Shown piece by piece: positions 12,442 to 27,290 of a DNA stretch of 64,000 bases. Source of the stretch: Hydrolagus colliei (taxonomy: Eukaryota); the NCBI GenBank assembly GCA_035084275.1, contig CM068750.1, forward strand, positions 9,176,001 through 9,240,000, written 5' to 3'. Below the pieces are notes generated by a model. That model did not search any database. It was not told the origin of the DNA and saw only the letters and a list, made by a program, of their open reading frames with translations. How positions within the stretch are numbered: the first letter of the stretch is position 1; the number at the start of each line of letters is the position of its first letter. A program made the position numbers and the translations under genes.

Positions 12442-12592
12442 TGATCCGAAAAAAACAACTGTTTGGGAAACACTGGAAGAACCTTGTATCCAGGATCCTG
12501 GAGAATTTGAGGAACTCTTCTCAAAGGCGACTATGAAAGAGAAAAAAAAACCCTTGTCAGACACTTACCAAAAGACAACCAAAACTAAAAAG
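12442..12592 (+). CDS. FMN1: Formin-1 FH2 exon (DPKKTTVWETLEEP...FEELFSK...KTKK)
   Basis: ctcttttccAG acceptor and AAG|GTTAGA donor; 151 nt, phase 2 to 0; second lasso Trp and FEELF motif. Confidence 0.96.
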
Positions 12593-12916
12593 GTTAGATT
12601 TGGGGAACATTTGCAATGCCTAAAAAAACTGTTCCTATTGCAGTGACTTTGACAATATGTGCTTATAATGGAAAGGTCCCATTCCAAGTACAGTACTATC
12701 ATCCAAGTCACTACTGTATATAGCATGTTGAGAAATTTAATCCCCAGATTATTAAAATGTTTATTTTTGGATGAAATGTTATACCCATGGATATATCTAT
12801 ATTGGGGAATGAAACGCTAAGACTTCAGATGCCGATTGCATGAAACAAACATTCTTGGGTTAGAATAGCATGAATTTGATACAGAAAAAAGCTCCATCTC
12901 TTTCACAGGTATAGTC

Positions 12917-13095
12917 ATAATGATAATCCTTGATATGGTGATTTATCACATTTTTGAGTTGTCTCAAAGTGCTTCACAAAATATACTGTAAAGTGAATTG
13001 ACTGTATATTTTGTGGGGTGAAACACGGTAGCCAATTGCACACAGCAGCGTCCCACAAACAGTCGTAGACTGAGTGACCAAATTATTATTATTAT
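12917..13095 (-). mobile_element. SINE 3' half
   Basis: ataatccttg...gtctcaaagtgcttcaca...gccaattgcacacagcagcgtcccacaaacag is the reverse complement of the 9053 SINE body and tail. Confidence 0.8.
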
Positions 13096-14203
13096 TTGTT
13101 AGTTTAGTAAATATCTAAACCCATTTTTAAAAAATTATATACGAGCTATTCAACAATAGGACATTATGGATATACCTAAGGACTCTGTACTACTTTAACC
13201 TTTCATATATTTAGAAAAGCACTAAATCCAATAAGGAAGCAATACTCTTTGCAATGATCTGGCTCAATTCAGAGATAGTTATTCCTCATATCTCTGCCAA
13301 GAGAACTGTTAGAGGAAACAGACAGACTTCATGGGTATTTCTATCTGGCATTCGGGTTGCAAAATATAATTGTTGTTAAGAATTCAAAATGTCAGACAGA
13401 AGTATTTTTGATTGTTGCATTGCTGATGTAAGAGAAATGATCAATCTGGGCTGGATTCCTTCCAGCCCCTGGGGAAAGCAGAAAGGTCAAAATTGTCCAA
13501 ATATCACTAAATTCTCTCCTTGTTTTTCTGATATGTGGAACTTTGGAGCTAGGGTCAAATTATTGTTTGTGGCTGAATTTCTGCCTGTTTAAATCATCCA
13601 CTTTATGTTTCTTCGGGCTGCAAACATTTTCCGCACAAAAATCTACAGTTAAGGTGGAGGGGAAATCTGTTTACTTTAGATTCAATGCAGCTTTCCGCAG
13701 CTGTAGACTTCAGTCTCAATGTAACAGGCTTGAGAATGTGCAAACATCCAGAGTTATGAAAGATACTTTTGCTTAAGAAGAGTTTGAAGAACTAGCCTTC
13801 CTAATGGGTTGATATATAAACAAGAAAGGAATAATTGTCTTAATCTTATCTGAAGATGAGTGTCAGAAAGTTGAATTAAGATGGTGGGGAAGGAAGTCTA
13901 GCCATCCTTTACAAATCTGGTGGTCTACACCAATTGGAAGAAATTTAATTTCCACACAATACAAAATGTTGGTAATTATACTGCTCATTGCAAAATATTC
14001 ATATTCAGTGCACAGTTGATTCATGTTTCTAAATTCTTAGCTCCTAGCAATATTAGAAGAAGATCACTGTTTAGGCTGTCTATTTGGGATCTGTTCAACA
14101 CTTGACTTTTCATACCATTCCATAAGACAATGAAGATGAGAAATCCCATAGTATCATCAAGCCCCATAATATGATCAGCAATTATTTGTGTAATATATCT
14201 TTT

Positions 14204-14255
14204 GTATTCTTAAGCAGAGATTGAAGAAAGTATTCTTAAGCAGAGATTGAAGAAA
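14204..14255. repeat. Perfect 26-bp tandem duplication
   Basis: gtattcttaagcagagattgaagaaa x2. Confidence 0.9.
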
Positions 14256-14754
14256 GTCTGCAAAGCAACAAGCTTTAAAACAAAACCTTCACAACAGTTT
14301 ATTTTATTTGGGTTTACTCTTGAGAAATGATTGGTGTATGATTCAAAAGAAAAAGATACTATAATGGAAATGGATTCCATGGAGGCTGGTAATCGTTTGA
14401 GGGCAGCGCTCATCTCTATTTCTATAGCAGTTTTGAGCTAGAAGTGTCATATAACAATTTCTTTAGCAGCACAGCCAATGTTTATCTATGGATACGTGCT
14501 ATTCTCCCACATGACAAGGACTTATTTTGACGGCTTTGAAAGGATAGGAGGCAGATTGGGTATTAATAGATTCAAACCCAGAATTTTGGCTATGCGCCAA
14601 GCACTCCACCAGCTGAGCAATTCCACCGATACCAATGGAAAAATTCTATAAGATTAATAAACCTACTAATAATCCTTGCTTTTGGTAAAGCACATGCAGG
14701 ATGTACTGTTAAGTGGGGTGAGTGTGCATTTGTAGGCGAATGTAGCATCCAATT

Positions 14755-15005
14755 TTGCATGCATGATTATCCCACAAACAACCATGGATTAAATGATTAA
14801 TTTTGTCTGGGGGATTCTTGACCAAGACACCAGGAGAAACTCACTTCTCTTTTCAAATAATGCCATGGGATCCTTTAATATCCATCTGAACAGGCATACA
14901 GAACATTGGTTTAACTTCTCATCTGAAACATGGCATCAACAACAATACACCAATCCCCCAGCAGTACATTGGAGTGTCGCCTTAACTATATGAGTTCCAA
15001 GTCCT
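14755..15005 (-). mobile_element. Deu-domain SINE fragment
   Basis: aatgccatgggatcctttaatatccatctgaacagg...ggtttaacttctcatctgaaa. Confidence 0.7.
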
Positions 15006-18000
15006 GACTCACATGTTTTATAGACAGCTGTTTTGCATTCTGGTATAGCTGCTGTGCCTCCACCAACATTCATGCAAACTCACTACAACTCCTGAACATT
15101 CTTTGGCAAAATATTTCTGGATAATTATTTTAACAATCCTTGCATTTGATATAGCACCTTATCACATCATCGAGATGTCTCCAAGTGCTTCACATGATTT
15201 AAATGATACCATCCCATGTACGTTTCTAGGCGAAAGCAAATGTTCAACGTAAACCAAAACAAAAGTACAGAAACATTGGAATTGTGGCAGTTAAATAATA
15301 ACTAACATCTGGTTTAAGATGGTTATCCTGCACAGTAAATTTATGCTGAAAAATAAACGCCTTTCTGGATCATTGCCCACATGTTGGAGTGTTTGCTTTT
15401 GACAAAAGGGACTGACCCAGACTGCTGGTGGTGATGGTATGGGGTTGAGGGGGGAGGTGAAGCTGAGGTTGTGCACAACAAATTGTATATGCCATTTTCA
15501 AGTCTGCACAGAAATTTCAGTGGAAATGGGAGCCTTTGGAATAGCACTCTGTCGAGCCAATGGTAGGAGTCTAAACACCACTTTGTATATGGATCATGAT
15601 TGCCCAATATCAGGAATCAATGCTGTATTTTACGCTTGCCATACAAATCCACATATCACATATAATGTATACATAGTATTATATTTGCTTTGCCTTTTGT
15701 GTGTGCCTGGCCCCTGCAACACCTGGATGAAATTCTTCTGTGTTGAAATTTGGGATTCTGTCAATCCAAAAGAAAGAAAAGAAAAGTTGATAAGACAGGG
15801 GCCAGGGCCAAAAACTCTTTCTCACTTCCTTAAATATACTCTCCACATATTGGGTAAAAAAAACAAGAGAATTGAGGTATTCAACCACCTGGATTCAATT
15901 CCGTTTTGGAACAAAAATTATTGAGGTTTTGTTCATAAGATGAAACTGTAGCTAGTACAAAACTATAATCATAACATAAAGCATACAAAAGTTTCTCTGG
16001 AAGTGAAATAAATTCACTGGAAATTCCAGTACTTTCAGTAAAGCATTCGAGGTGCAAAGCTTTGTACCATATTCTCCCTCCATAGTTGTTGGTCATTATC
16101 TACCCATCAAGCATTGGCTCTTGCTAGCCTGTGTTTAATATCCTTCAGAATTAAGCAGTATGCATATTTCTCTGTGCTCCTCTCCAGGGGAGACATTGTG
16201 CACTCCATTCCAGTCAGAGAAATATCCATGTAGGTGCAACTCTGCCTGGCCAGGATACTCTTAAGCATGGTGATAGATCAGACCAAATCTCGGAAATCTT
16301 TTGTAAAGTTTTTATTTAACATCATTAATTGTTGTTCTGTTTTAAACATGATCTCAAAAATAAATCAAATAATGCCAATCATGCTGTGGCATAGTTAGAG
16401 AGCAACTCAATCATCCAAGAATCAAAAATATAGTTTGACTACCATGAGAACTATTCAGTGAGAGATGAGAAAATAAAATGACAATGTATTTGCATGAGTA
16501 GCCCCTTAGTTTAAAAGAGGTGGTAAACTTTGAGGGATACACATCACACAAAAAAAATGACAACTTTCAGATGTTTGTGAAATGTATCCAGAGGTCTGAA
16601 TGTCTGTGCTTAGAATTAAGAATAAACTATTAAATAGCACGTTGAAAATGCCTTAAGTTTCTATGGCTTTGATTTTCCATTAACTAACGGAGAGAAGGGC
16701 AGCTTGTCTTATGTAGGTAGAATGTAATTTGAGTAGAATAACAGCTGCCCTACAAAAATATTGTTCATTGTCATTTAACATAAAAGGAAATTATTCAGAG
16801 TGTATTTTCCTTTTCTTATTCCACACTACATACTAATATGGCTACAAAAATCTAATCACATAAATCTTAAGTCACAAAGATGTTATTTAAGTGAGCACTA
16901 AGGAAAGGATCAAAAGACTTAGGGATATAATGGAGACATTTTTAACAGCATGTGGTAAAAGTGTACACACATACATTTTAAAGCAGCTAGCGGTATTTAG
17001 CAAAATTGTTTTGCAACCCTATGGGAATCTCTAGGTAAAGCTGTTATGGAAAATACTTTTCTTTCTGGTTGAATCTAAACCAAGCTCAGAAGTGAATTGA
17101 AAAAATATACAACTTCATTTATTTAAATGTTTATGAAAATGGGGGATGGTCGAGCAATTTGTTAAATCAGGCAACGATATTAAATTCTATCAGTCAGTCT
17201 GCATGTCCTTTGGCGAAATGATTATCAAATCAAAGACATGAGGTGACACTCAAGTTAATAACTTATCTGTTGTCTTTGTTTTCCCCTTTGAAACAGCTTA
17301 AAGTAATGATTAGCAGATGTTCTTGCTTAAGGTCTAATGTAAATGGTGCTCTTTTGAGAGGAAATTTTTAAAGGTTAGATTAGTAATGTAAAATAGAGAG
17401 GATGTACATGTCACCGCATTTTCCCTTTGAATCACAGGATGAGATCTTACACTTAAAATGCATACTTACAGGAAATTCTGTGAAGAAGCAGAGATGTAAT
17501 GTTTTTCACAGGCTCTTTGTCAGTACGGAAGTTAGGTTGAAAGGAAAGCCCATGAGAAGAAAACAATTGATTTATTAGTCTCCAATGAAAGAAAATAAAT
17601 ATATACATTGTATATCTGGTGAAGAATTATATAAAGCAGCATACCTAAAACAACGAACATACCTTAACTATTTACTCTTGCGGTTCGACATGTAAACTTA
17701 CATGTTACATCTAATAGTACAGTAATCAGAGAGGACAAAAATATCAACATGAACATGCTTACAATTGTTTTACTCATAATCTTCACTGGAGTATGTAATG
17801 CATAGATGGGAATGAAAATAATGTGTACAATGTTTGTTGGAACATTTAAAATATCTCCATTTACCAATTGTTTACTCCAGTTTAACATGTATTTTAAGTA
17901 TCTTTATCAATTTCCTAACACACTATCACAGATATTAAACATCTATATCAAATGCAAGGATTATTATTATCTACACACAGTAGAAGATCAATTCACCTTG

Positions 18001-18687
18001 TACCGTAATTATTAATACTTTTGCAAATAACAAAATATTTGGTTTGCTATGAATGCACTCATTTTAAGCATGCCATGTGTAAAAGCTTGGCCTCAAACAA
18101 CTATTCCTGATGGAGATTATAGCAACATATTCAGTTGCCCTAGAATGAGGTCAATTGGAAGGTCATTTAAAGCTGTACAAATTATGTATAGTCAAACACT
18201 GCAATTATCCCTGTTAGAATTTACTCTATTACCAAGTCTGAAAGTTCAATGGGGATATGTGTCACCTTCAGAGATTACTGAGTTTATCTTTACTGTTCAG
18301 GCAAAATTAAAGTTATCAGTGATGATATCATTAAATCTGGATTAAATCTAGTGCTAAATTCGTGTGCACAGAATTGCGCTTAATTTTGCACGTATGGTTA
18401 CATACTTGTATCCAGCATATTTTCCATATAGTTTGGAAATATTGGTGTGATTTCAGCAAACTTTATATTAATATACAGAGGTTGCGAGTATTTCCTTAAT
18501 AGAGTTCATTGTAAACATGCTTTTAAATGAAATCGTATTGCAACACAATTGGGTGGTTCATGTCATGTAGTCCAGTTGCATTCTGAATATGGTTTCATTT
18601 CAGATTTTGTTTTGTTATTTCAAAGCATTCAGTTGTCATATGCAGTGGATACCATCTCAGTTGCAAAGTGGTCATACTAATTAATTG

Positions 18688-18930
18688 TGTCAGCCTGGCA
18701 CAGTGGTAGAACTCTCGTTTCTGAGTCAGAAGGATGTGGGTTCAAGCCATGTCAGGATTTCGAATCAGATAATAAGATGCAGTGCAGTGCTTGGGGGAGG
18801 TGGGTTGCATTGTCGTTCGGATTAGATATTAAACTGAGGAACCTTCTGCCTGTTCAGGTGTACGTTAAAGATTCCATAGCATTATTCAAAAAGAGAAGGA
18901 GGTTTCTCCCGATGGCCTGGCCAACAAATC
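18688..18930 (+). mobile_element. tRNA-head Deu-domain SINE (5' part)
   Basis: tggcacagtggtag (A box), ctgagtcagaagg...gggttcaagcc (B box), Deu core gcctgttcaggtgtacgttaaagattccatagcatt. Confidence 0.75.
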
Positions 18931-19197
18931 CCCCAAATAAAATTAGTCATTGTTCACATTTTAATATTCTCATTCACTTCTCATTTTACGATACTTCACA
19001 ATTGATTACCTACTATTCATAAAATGTTGAGAAACGAGTAAAGCAATTTAAATATGCTATTTCCATGCAACAAAAAAAGTTCATTGTCTTTTTTAATCTA
19101 GATATACTGCTTGGTCTACTAATATATTCTTCAACAGTTACATTTTTCTTTTGTTGAGTTATGTAGTAATTTTCTTTCTGTTTTATTTCAATTACAG

Positions 19198-19285
19198 ATT
19201 GTAAAGTTACTGGATGGGAAACGCTCCCAAAATGTAGGAATTCTTATATCAAGTCTGCACTTGGAAATGAAAGATATCCAACAAG
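19198..19285 (+). CDS. FMN1: Formin-1 FH2 exon ([29 protein letters not shown])
   Basis: Pyrimidine tract plus ttacAG, donor G|GTACTT; 88 nt, phase 0 to 1; contains the conserved FH2 actin-contact Ile (Bni1 I1431 equivalent). Not in the ORF track. Confidence 0.96.
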
Positions 19286-20719
19286 GTACTTGTCTTGATT
19301 CATTCTGTGAATGATGGAGCAAATAATATTGCACACACTATAAATTGTTTCCTTTTCCTCCAAGAGATTTTTTGATGGATTTTCTTAATGCATTGAGAAT
19401 TTCTGCTGTATTCAAATTGTTAAAAAGAAAATCGCGTTGAATACTTCTGCAAATATCACCTTTCTAATTAAATATTGTGCAAACACCATTAGTCTTGAGG
19501 AAGTAGCTTCTGGTTTTAATAGGAAAGGTATTCTGTGAGCTTCCTTTAATTGTGATTCAAAGTCAAATACAAATCAATTTCTTGATTCCGTTGCAGAATT
19601 TGTGCATCACACTATTCTTCAAACCGTCAGTTCATTCAATTCAAACCCCAGGTTCTGATGAGCTTGCAAGCTTTGATCTCTGGCCTCAAATTCTGTGACT
19701 GCCTTGTTACTTGGGATGAACTTGTTGATCCAAGTGTACAGGGTTCAGATTTACTCATGCTATGTTTGTGCTGTGTGGCACAGTAGCAGCGATGTGGAAG
19801 CAAGACATTGGATTTTGTAATGCCCACTCTACATCGCATCATTTAAAAAAATGATTTTACTTTTTTTTAAATCCAACTGATTTTGTTCTTATCCTGACAA
19901 TGCACTGGCACCTTAAGTTTGTGTGTTCTTTTGTCAATATTATTAAAGAGCTAGTTGAGGTTAAATTTAAAAAAATTGCATTAAAATGCATGGTTTGCAT
20001 TTAACAAAAACATGCTCAACGTGCAAAATTGCTTGTGGCTGTGATGGGAGGGTATTCTGAGGGGTGATATAAGATGAGTCGAACAGGCTTTTTTTCATCC
20101 TAACCAATCTTGTGATCTTGAGATTCTGTATTTTTTAAAAATATGCCTTATTTACATTTCATTACCCATTTCACCTGGTTTATAATGAGCGGCAGGTGTT
20201 CTGTCTACTTCAGGTTTGAAAAGTATAGCTTATGTTTTGGGAACTAAACTTTCTGGACCAGAATATTTATACAGATGGATCCAATGATACAGATCTTTTC
20301 CTAGTAGCTTCCTGAAATATTTCTTTTATTTCAACAGCACAGAAGTTGTTTCTTATGATATTCTTACCTGTCTTGGCACAATACAAGATTTGAATAGAAA
20401 ATCAAAAGCAATCATGGCACATTTTGGCCTGGGAGTTGCTCGTATGCAGGCTGAGAGCAGATTGGGAAATGGAGGGAGAATGCCCAGTTTTTAGCAGTTT
20501 TTAGCAAAACTGAAAGATTTTCAAAAAGGAAGCCGTGTTCGTATTGGGCAATAGTTACCATTACACAATGGCAGGAAGCAAAACAAATACACGTTAAAAA
20601 AATCAATACTTGGGTTCTTATCCCTGACTTGGTAGTAAATGTTTTATGGTTTTGTCTGCAGTAAATGTTTTATGGTACTGTACTTAGATACTTCAACACT
20701 TATTTTATCCTGAACCAGC

Positions 20720-21009
20720 TTTCTGTGTTCTACTTCAAAACCCTCCTCTTCGACTACGGCTTCGGCAACCTCCTAGCCTCCCTGATCCCGACCCCAGCTA
20801 AGGTACAAATCCCTGACTGTCCAGCACTTTGGGACATCCACCGACATGAAAGGAGTTATACAAATGTAATTTTGTATTTGTTGTATTTGTACCTATGCTG
20901 ATCCCCAAAAATATACAGTCACTACGTGTTACAGTATATTCCGTGAAGTGCTTTGAGACGTCTGTAAGACGTGACAAAGCACTGTATTAAATGCTAGGAT
21001 TATTATTAT
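20720..21009 (+). mobile_element. L2 3' tail followed by a SINE 3' tail
   Basis: ctgtccagcactttgggacatcc...atgaaaggagttatacaaatg, then gtgaagtgctttgagacgtc...gctaggattattattatt. Confidence 0.7.
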
Positions 21010-22921
21010 TTGTCTCAATGTGTCTATGCTGGGTTTTTGAATGATGATTCATTCAGTTCCAGTAACTTATATTTTCCCCATACAACTACTCTACACAGTA
21101 TACTGTATATTATACATTATTATTAGGGTGACAGCTGCGGAAGGTGGAGGGGAGAGTTAGCAGATTTGTACCCAGGACATTGTGTTTATGCCATGTTCAG
21201 TGATTATGAATTGTGTACAGTCAGTATAACAGAGTACAGTTTAAAACCTGCTTTGCATTAACTATGATTACCAGCAAGGAACCACCCTGTTGGACAAGTT
21301 TTGCTGACCCAGAGCTGATTCAAATCCAGAGTTTTACTAAATATTTTCTTTGTTCTGAATAACATACATGTGGTATTTTTTTTATCTTCTTCGAAGTCCA
21401 AAGGGTTTATGCTGATCAACCTAAGTCACAAGGCATGCCAGAATTGTATTCCTCAAGACTTGATGCACATGACAGTTCTGCTGGTTTCTCAATCGTTTGT
21501 CAAGCCCATTATAGATCTCTGCATCCTAAATCACACTGTTATTATGGTAGGAAAGTCAGTCTGATCAGCTAGGGTGGACCCTCCAGAGGGTGTTCTGTGG
21601 ATGGCCTAACTGTCTCTAAAAGACTCACACAGCAGATAGGTCAAATGGTTACACGAAGAGGGATTTTGTCACTGTGCTCATGTTCCTTTGGTTGGCTGCT
21701 GCCTTGGTGACAATCTCTTCTGAACTTTTCAAATTAGAATGCAATTTTTTTTTCTTCTTCTCCATTTCCACATTAAATACATTCCCTTAACAAGACTGTT
21801 GGCTTGAAAGTTTGAATAGACCCGAAAGTCTGAGAGTAGCCAATTTTTATGCAGCTAAATAGGTTTTCCAAGTAAGCCTCTCTGTCAATATAGAAAGATT
21901 TGGCAAAGGAAATTAAAATAAGATTTCCCCTGACTGAAAAAAAAGAATAACAAAAGAATGGCTGCTTTGCTGTGGCTACTTCTGGAAAATGCAAAATAGT
22001 TAAAATTGCTTGTTCTTTGGATAAGCAGAATGACATATAAGCTTTTATAGATGTGCTAGGCTAAATGTCTTTCCAAAATAATTAGGTTTGTCTTCAGGCT
22101 CAGGATAGCATAAGTTCACACAATCGGTAAATTAATACAACCAAACCAAGAACATGTGGATTCCAAATACACCATTCGTTTTATGTGTCACAGTACATGA
22201 ATTTAGTTAGAAAGTGTTTTAATGTGTGTGCCTGCTAGTTTGTTAAGTGCACAATGCTGATCTGTTTTTTGTCGTCAGTGACGGTTATTATAACCTAATG
22301 GGTGCAATGCTACACTAATGATCTTTCTGTATATAAATTCTTGTTTTTGTGAGCGGACACCATAGTGCCACAGGAAAATGTTTGCCTTAATTTACCTCAG
22401 AATAGATTTCAAAAGCCAGACTTGGCTGAGCAACAGTTTTTTCTAGTTACAAGAATCCAATAAAATTACCAGCTTTTCACAGCATGTGTCTGCTTCCTTT
22501 CTGTTTATCTCAAACTTTCAATAAAGTGGAAAATTTGAGCTGACAATATATATGTTTGGATGGCTAATAAGGATTTGTAACCCTTTAGAAGGCTTGACAG
22601 CTTGATAATGCAATTGAACAACACTGTGGATATAACTTGTTAGTATGTATGTTGCAAATCTTTTATGTATACCAATGTTCAGTGGTAGAGTGAAGTTAGT
22701 TTGTATCTCTTTTGTATTGTGTTGTTTATATTGAAAGTTTCCACCATGATGTTTCTTTCCGTGAAATGTGTGAACTGGTTCAGAAACTGTTAAGTATATT
22801 TGATTGGTTATTTGAACTTTGCAAAACAGTGCAATTGCCACTTTATACTAATGTAGTCTGACAGAACACTGACCACTACTAATAAAAGTAAGTTAACATG
22901 TTGTGTAATGTACAATTTCAG

Positions 22922-22983
22922 CTATTTTAAATCTGGATAATTCGGTGGTGGATTTGGAGACTCTTCAAGCCTTGTATGAGAAT
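22922..22983 (+). CDS. FMN1: Formin-1 FH2 exon (AILNLDNSVVDLETLQALYEN)
   Basis: tttcAG acceptor, AAT|GTAAGT donor; 62 nt, phase 1 to 0; FMN-family sequence. Confidence 0.95.
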
Positions 22984-25824
22984 GTAAGTACTGTACACTA
23001 AAACTGTGAAAAAGGACACAGTGACGTTCTTTAAAAACTTACAGTAAGAATAAATAAAGTTAACATATTACCGTAAACACTTTATTTGTTGACGTATTAT
23101 AAAATAGTAACTTAGTAATCCAGGTGGGCTACAGTACCATTTTGTTATGTCAAGGCAATGACAATGTATTCTATTTTTTTTGTAGCAAATACATGTTTGC
23201 TCATTGAGCTAGTCAGTACTAGTGCAAAGCTGCAGCGCACAAATGACAAACAACATCCATTGATAGCTGTTAACTATGACATAAAAGTTGTGTATTTTTT
23301 ACATATATGTTATACTGTCTTATTGGATATTTCTGACAGGAACAGATGAGTGTTGTGTTTATCCCCATTGCCAGATATTCGATTGTTTGTGAATTAAACA
23401 TACTGCCAATTGTTTGGAGTGACAATTACATAGTTGAAGGATTCAGATGATTTCTAAAACACAGAGGGTGCTTCCTAAATTGTATCTGAGAGATTGCAAG
23501 CATCTGATAAATATGTTTTGTAACCAAGAGAATAATTCCTTTTCGAATAAACCATTCTTTGATTTGCTTGTAATGTATTGTGATCTTCTGATCAATGAAC
23601 AAATACAAACAATGGTTCATATGAATGGAAAAAAGTATTAAAAAATTATTATTGAGATGTCAGGTTGACTCTGTCCATTGAAAATAATCACACCACATGG
23701 GCACTGATAGCCAAACACTGTAAATGCAGAGTATATGTCGGATCCAGTGGTCTGATTAATGCACAGGTTGCATTGTACCAAACGTTTTACAAAAACCTTG
23801 ACTAACCTGCTCCCATACAAAATATGTAAAAAAATCTTGAGTAATCTATATTGTCTAAATCTATTTGGCAATGCCCAAAATGGAAGAACATAACTTTTGT
23901 TAATCCAGCTACTGTTATTTGTTATTTTAAGTTTTAATACATTTATTTAGGCTGTGTTTAATGTGATTATCAAGGTGGGGGGGCGTATTGAAAGGCAACA
24001 GAATACGTTTCCCTCTTTGCACCCAGAGTAAGCATCAAACCTACCCACGTCTACATTTCATTAGTGTAGAGCAAAGTTCCCACTTACACTACCCAATTAT
24101 ATTCTTATATAAGAACACCCTTACTGCATTAATGTGGCACTTGTACTCCCCACATTGTCCGTCCCTGTCCCACTGAGAGATATACTGTTACATCATCTAT
24201 ATGACTTTGGTTCACACCTGTTATCTCCCATATACTGAATTACCAAAGTCAACTTTGTAATTGTGTGGAAATCTGAACAGAAGTTAGATACTATTTATTA
24301 GGAGGAAGGAGTTACCTCAGTCTGTTCTTAGGTGTGTCGGATGTGTCCCTGTAGAGAGAGTGTGCATTCCATTCCATAAATATGTGGGACTCAAAGTACA
24401 GTAGTTAAGTTAGGATACTCTATGATGATTGGTTTTCTGAGGATGTATTGTTTCCTACATAACCTAGTTGAGTATAAAGTTAGCTGTAAAATGGATTTCA
24501 ACTTTTCGCTAAAGTACCATGACCTGGAACTTGCGTGTGGCACTTTCTCACAGTTCTTTTGATCTGTTTTGATGCCAGTGATAATGTTCATCGGCATGTT
24601 TTTAATGCTGTTATGGTTACTGAAAGAAGAAAACCTTTGTTCCTCCTAACAAGAGCGAACAACTTATGTTAGTTGGACTAGACTATCGTATTTGCTGATG
24701 TATTCTGTGATATGACAAAGGGATTGCCAGAGATTTCCAAGTGTTGCAGTTGCAAGCAATGTTTTGGAATACTGCACCACATTGTTCTGTTAAGAACTAA
24801 AAAAAAAGTATTGTAAACATTGTAGACAACGGAGAAGATCAACTAATATTTCTTACTTCCTTGTGCATGTCGAATGATGCCAAACGTTTTAATAGAATAT
24901 TTGCTACTGAATCTATTTTGGAAAAGATGGTGAGAGCCATGCATATCGGCAATGAGTGAATCAGTGTACCTGACTCAGTGTAGAATCAGTGTTCTTTCCA
25001 TACATTACTTTTATACAGCATCAATAATCACAACAACACAACCTGAAAATGTGAGGTGAAATCAGTGTTAAGATTTTTTACAAACCAAAATCATTCAGAT
25101 CAACTTCTATTGATCCAAGGTTTTGTTTTTATAACTTGGAACTATTTGAAATGGATTTCGTTTCTGTTCCTTGTTATGTGTATCACAATGTCTACACCAG
25201 AAGCTAATGCTACTGGAAGATGAGCAAGGACATATTCAGTAATGGAGCAAATTTGAAGTTGAAAAGCTGATTTAAAAAATTATCAATCTAAAAATTATGT
25301 CCGCCTTATATTTTATTGAACCCTGACCACATGAGCTCTAGGAATAATGTAATAGTGGTCCTAACAGTCATGGAGCTATAGTTCTAACAGTTAGGATCTT
25401 GATTAACACCTATATTAATTTTTTCCTCAATAGTTTCTGTCCAAATGAACTAATCAGTGCAGAATTAAGTACTTTTAATAAGAGTCTTTGTGGAAAAAAA
25501 AAGCTTTTTATGGGAGACTATTTCTTTTCCACTTCCATCACCTATAATCACATTTGAAAATATAAAATATCAGGGTGAAAAGTTCTACCTGGATCTTGGT
25601 TTTCTCTTCTTATACAGCATTTTAGAGCATCCAGAACTTGGCGAATTCTTTAAAACAACCTGAATTATGAAGCTGGTTTTCAGTTAATTTTCTTTAAGAA
25701 CTATATAGTTTAAAGTTAAAACTGAATTCCACAAATTGTCAAATTCAGGCTCTGAAATGCTACTTTAATAGAGTAAATCTATGTGAAATTCCATGTGGAA
25801 TTTATCTCCGATTATGTTAATGTA

Positions 25825-26005
25825 ATAATAATAATTTGGTCATTCAAAACATTGTTTGTGGGACACTGATGTGCACAATCGGCTGCAGCTTTTTACCCAC
25901 AAAAACATACAATCAATTCACTTTACAATATATTCTGTGAAGCGCTTTGAGATGTCCAGAAGACATGATAAGGTGCTATATGAAGTGCAAGGATTATTGT
26001 ATTAT
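25825..26005 (+). mobile_element. SINE 3' half
   Basis: tgtttgtgggacactgatgtgcacaatcggctgc...gtgaagcgctttgagatgtc...gcaaggattattgttatt. Confidence 0.8.
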
Positions 26006-26849
26006 TGTTACATTATCTCATCTCTTCCCTGTGTTTTTTTTAAAAAAAGAATTGTGTCCCTGTTATCTTATTTTTCTCTAGCAAGGGCAAGTTTAACTCT
26101 CCGTGCCTATCCTTGTTGCTTATGGATTTTAAATTCCCAAATTCTTTGAAACTTTTCCATTATGTCCACGTCCTTATGAATGTAACGTGCCCACAGATCA
26201 CTTTCAAATATACCTTGATCTGAACTGAATCAAAATGCAGCTGAATTTTCATAACTTTTTCTCTGCCTTCATCATTCTGAAGTATAACAGTAAAATTCCT
26301 TGCTAGACAGTTACGTAAACGACCAAAAAACAAACATATCTAATTGACTGACAAAGCAGAGATCTAGTTCAAATTATAATAGCTAATATCTGGATTCCTA
26401 ACACTTTCCAGGGGACAACATCTATTTTAGATTGAGATAAATCTTTTCACTGTTTGAACTATTTGATTAATATCTTGTGATGCAAAATAACTTTGAGCAA
26501 ATGTGAAGGTAAAGGCAGCTTTTTGCTATAAATAGTCAATTTTACAACTGTAAATCGATTCCTTGGCAAAGGGAGTGGCAAATACAAAATGTAAGAGAAT
26601 GGAAAATGCTTTAACAGTCAGCTGTAATAAATGAAACTTAGACACAACTAAGTCAGGATTGCAGGAATTCCATTATTGTACTGCCATTTTGGCTAGAAAT
26701 AAATCCATTATAGCTCTGCTTTGGAAAATGCAAAGAAATTCGAAACCACATAATTTGTCAGAGTCACTCTTCTCTACGTGTAATTATCAATGTGCTGAAT
26801 AGGTTTAAGTGTTTTCTTTAAAATAGCTTTAATAGCTTATATTATTACC

Positions 26850-27290
26850 TCATCCAGCATGCCTTTCACCCCTGTCCTTGCCAGGCTCCATTGTCTCCCT
26901 GTCTCCCAGAGGATTAGTTTCAAGGCCCTCACTTTCACCTATAAGTACCTTCATGCACTAGCACTTCCTTATCTCTCCAATCTCCTCCTACTCCACACTT
27001 CTATTCAGCTAACTCAGACTTGCTACACATCACCCACCCTATCCATACAACCATCAGTGTCCGAGCTTTCAGATTCTACAACTCTATAACCTCTCAAATT
27101 CCCTCCCTACATCCATCAATCTCTTCCCCCCTCTATTGTGTTTTGAAGCCCTGCCTTAAAACCTACTTTTTCCATCGTGCCTACGGTCACCTCCTCCCTC
27201 TTCCTTACTCAGTTCCCAATCCCATCACCGTGAAGTTCTTCAATACCTTATCCTATGTGAAGAATGCTATATCAATGCAAGGTGTTGTAA
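26850..27290 (+). mobile_element. L2-clade LINE 3' fragment
   Basis: Translation TPVLARLHCLPVSQRISFKALTFTYKYLHALALPYLSNLL fits the L2 HWLPVxxRIxFK motif; ends in gtgaagttcttc...gctatatcaatgcaaggtgttg. Confidence 0.85.

Noticed and set aside
15439-15924. 161-aa ORF and the other 60-150 aa intronic ORFs in the track
   Set aside because: Low-information Leu/Phe/Ile/Cys-rich translations expected from AT-rich intron; many use non-ATG starts; no domain motifs.
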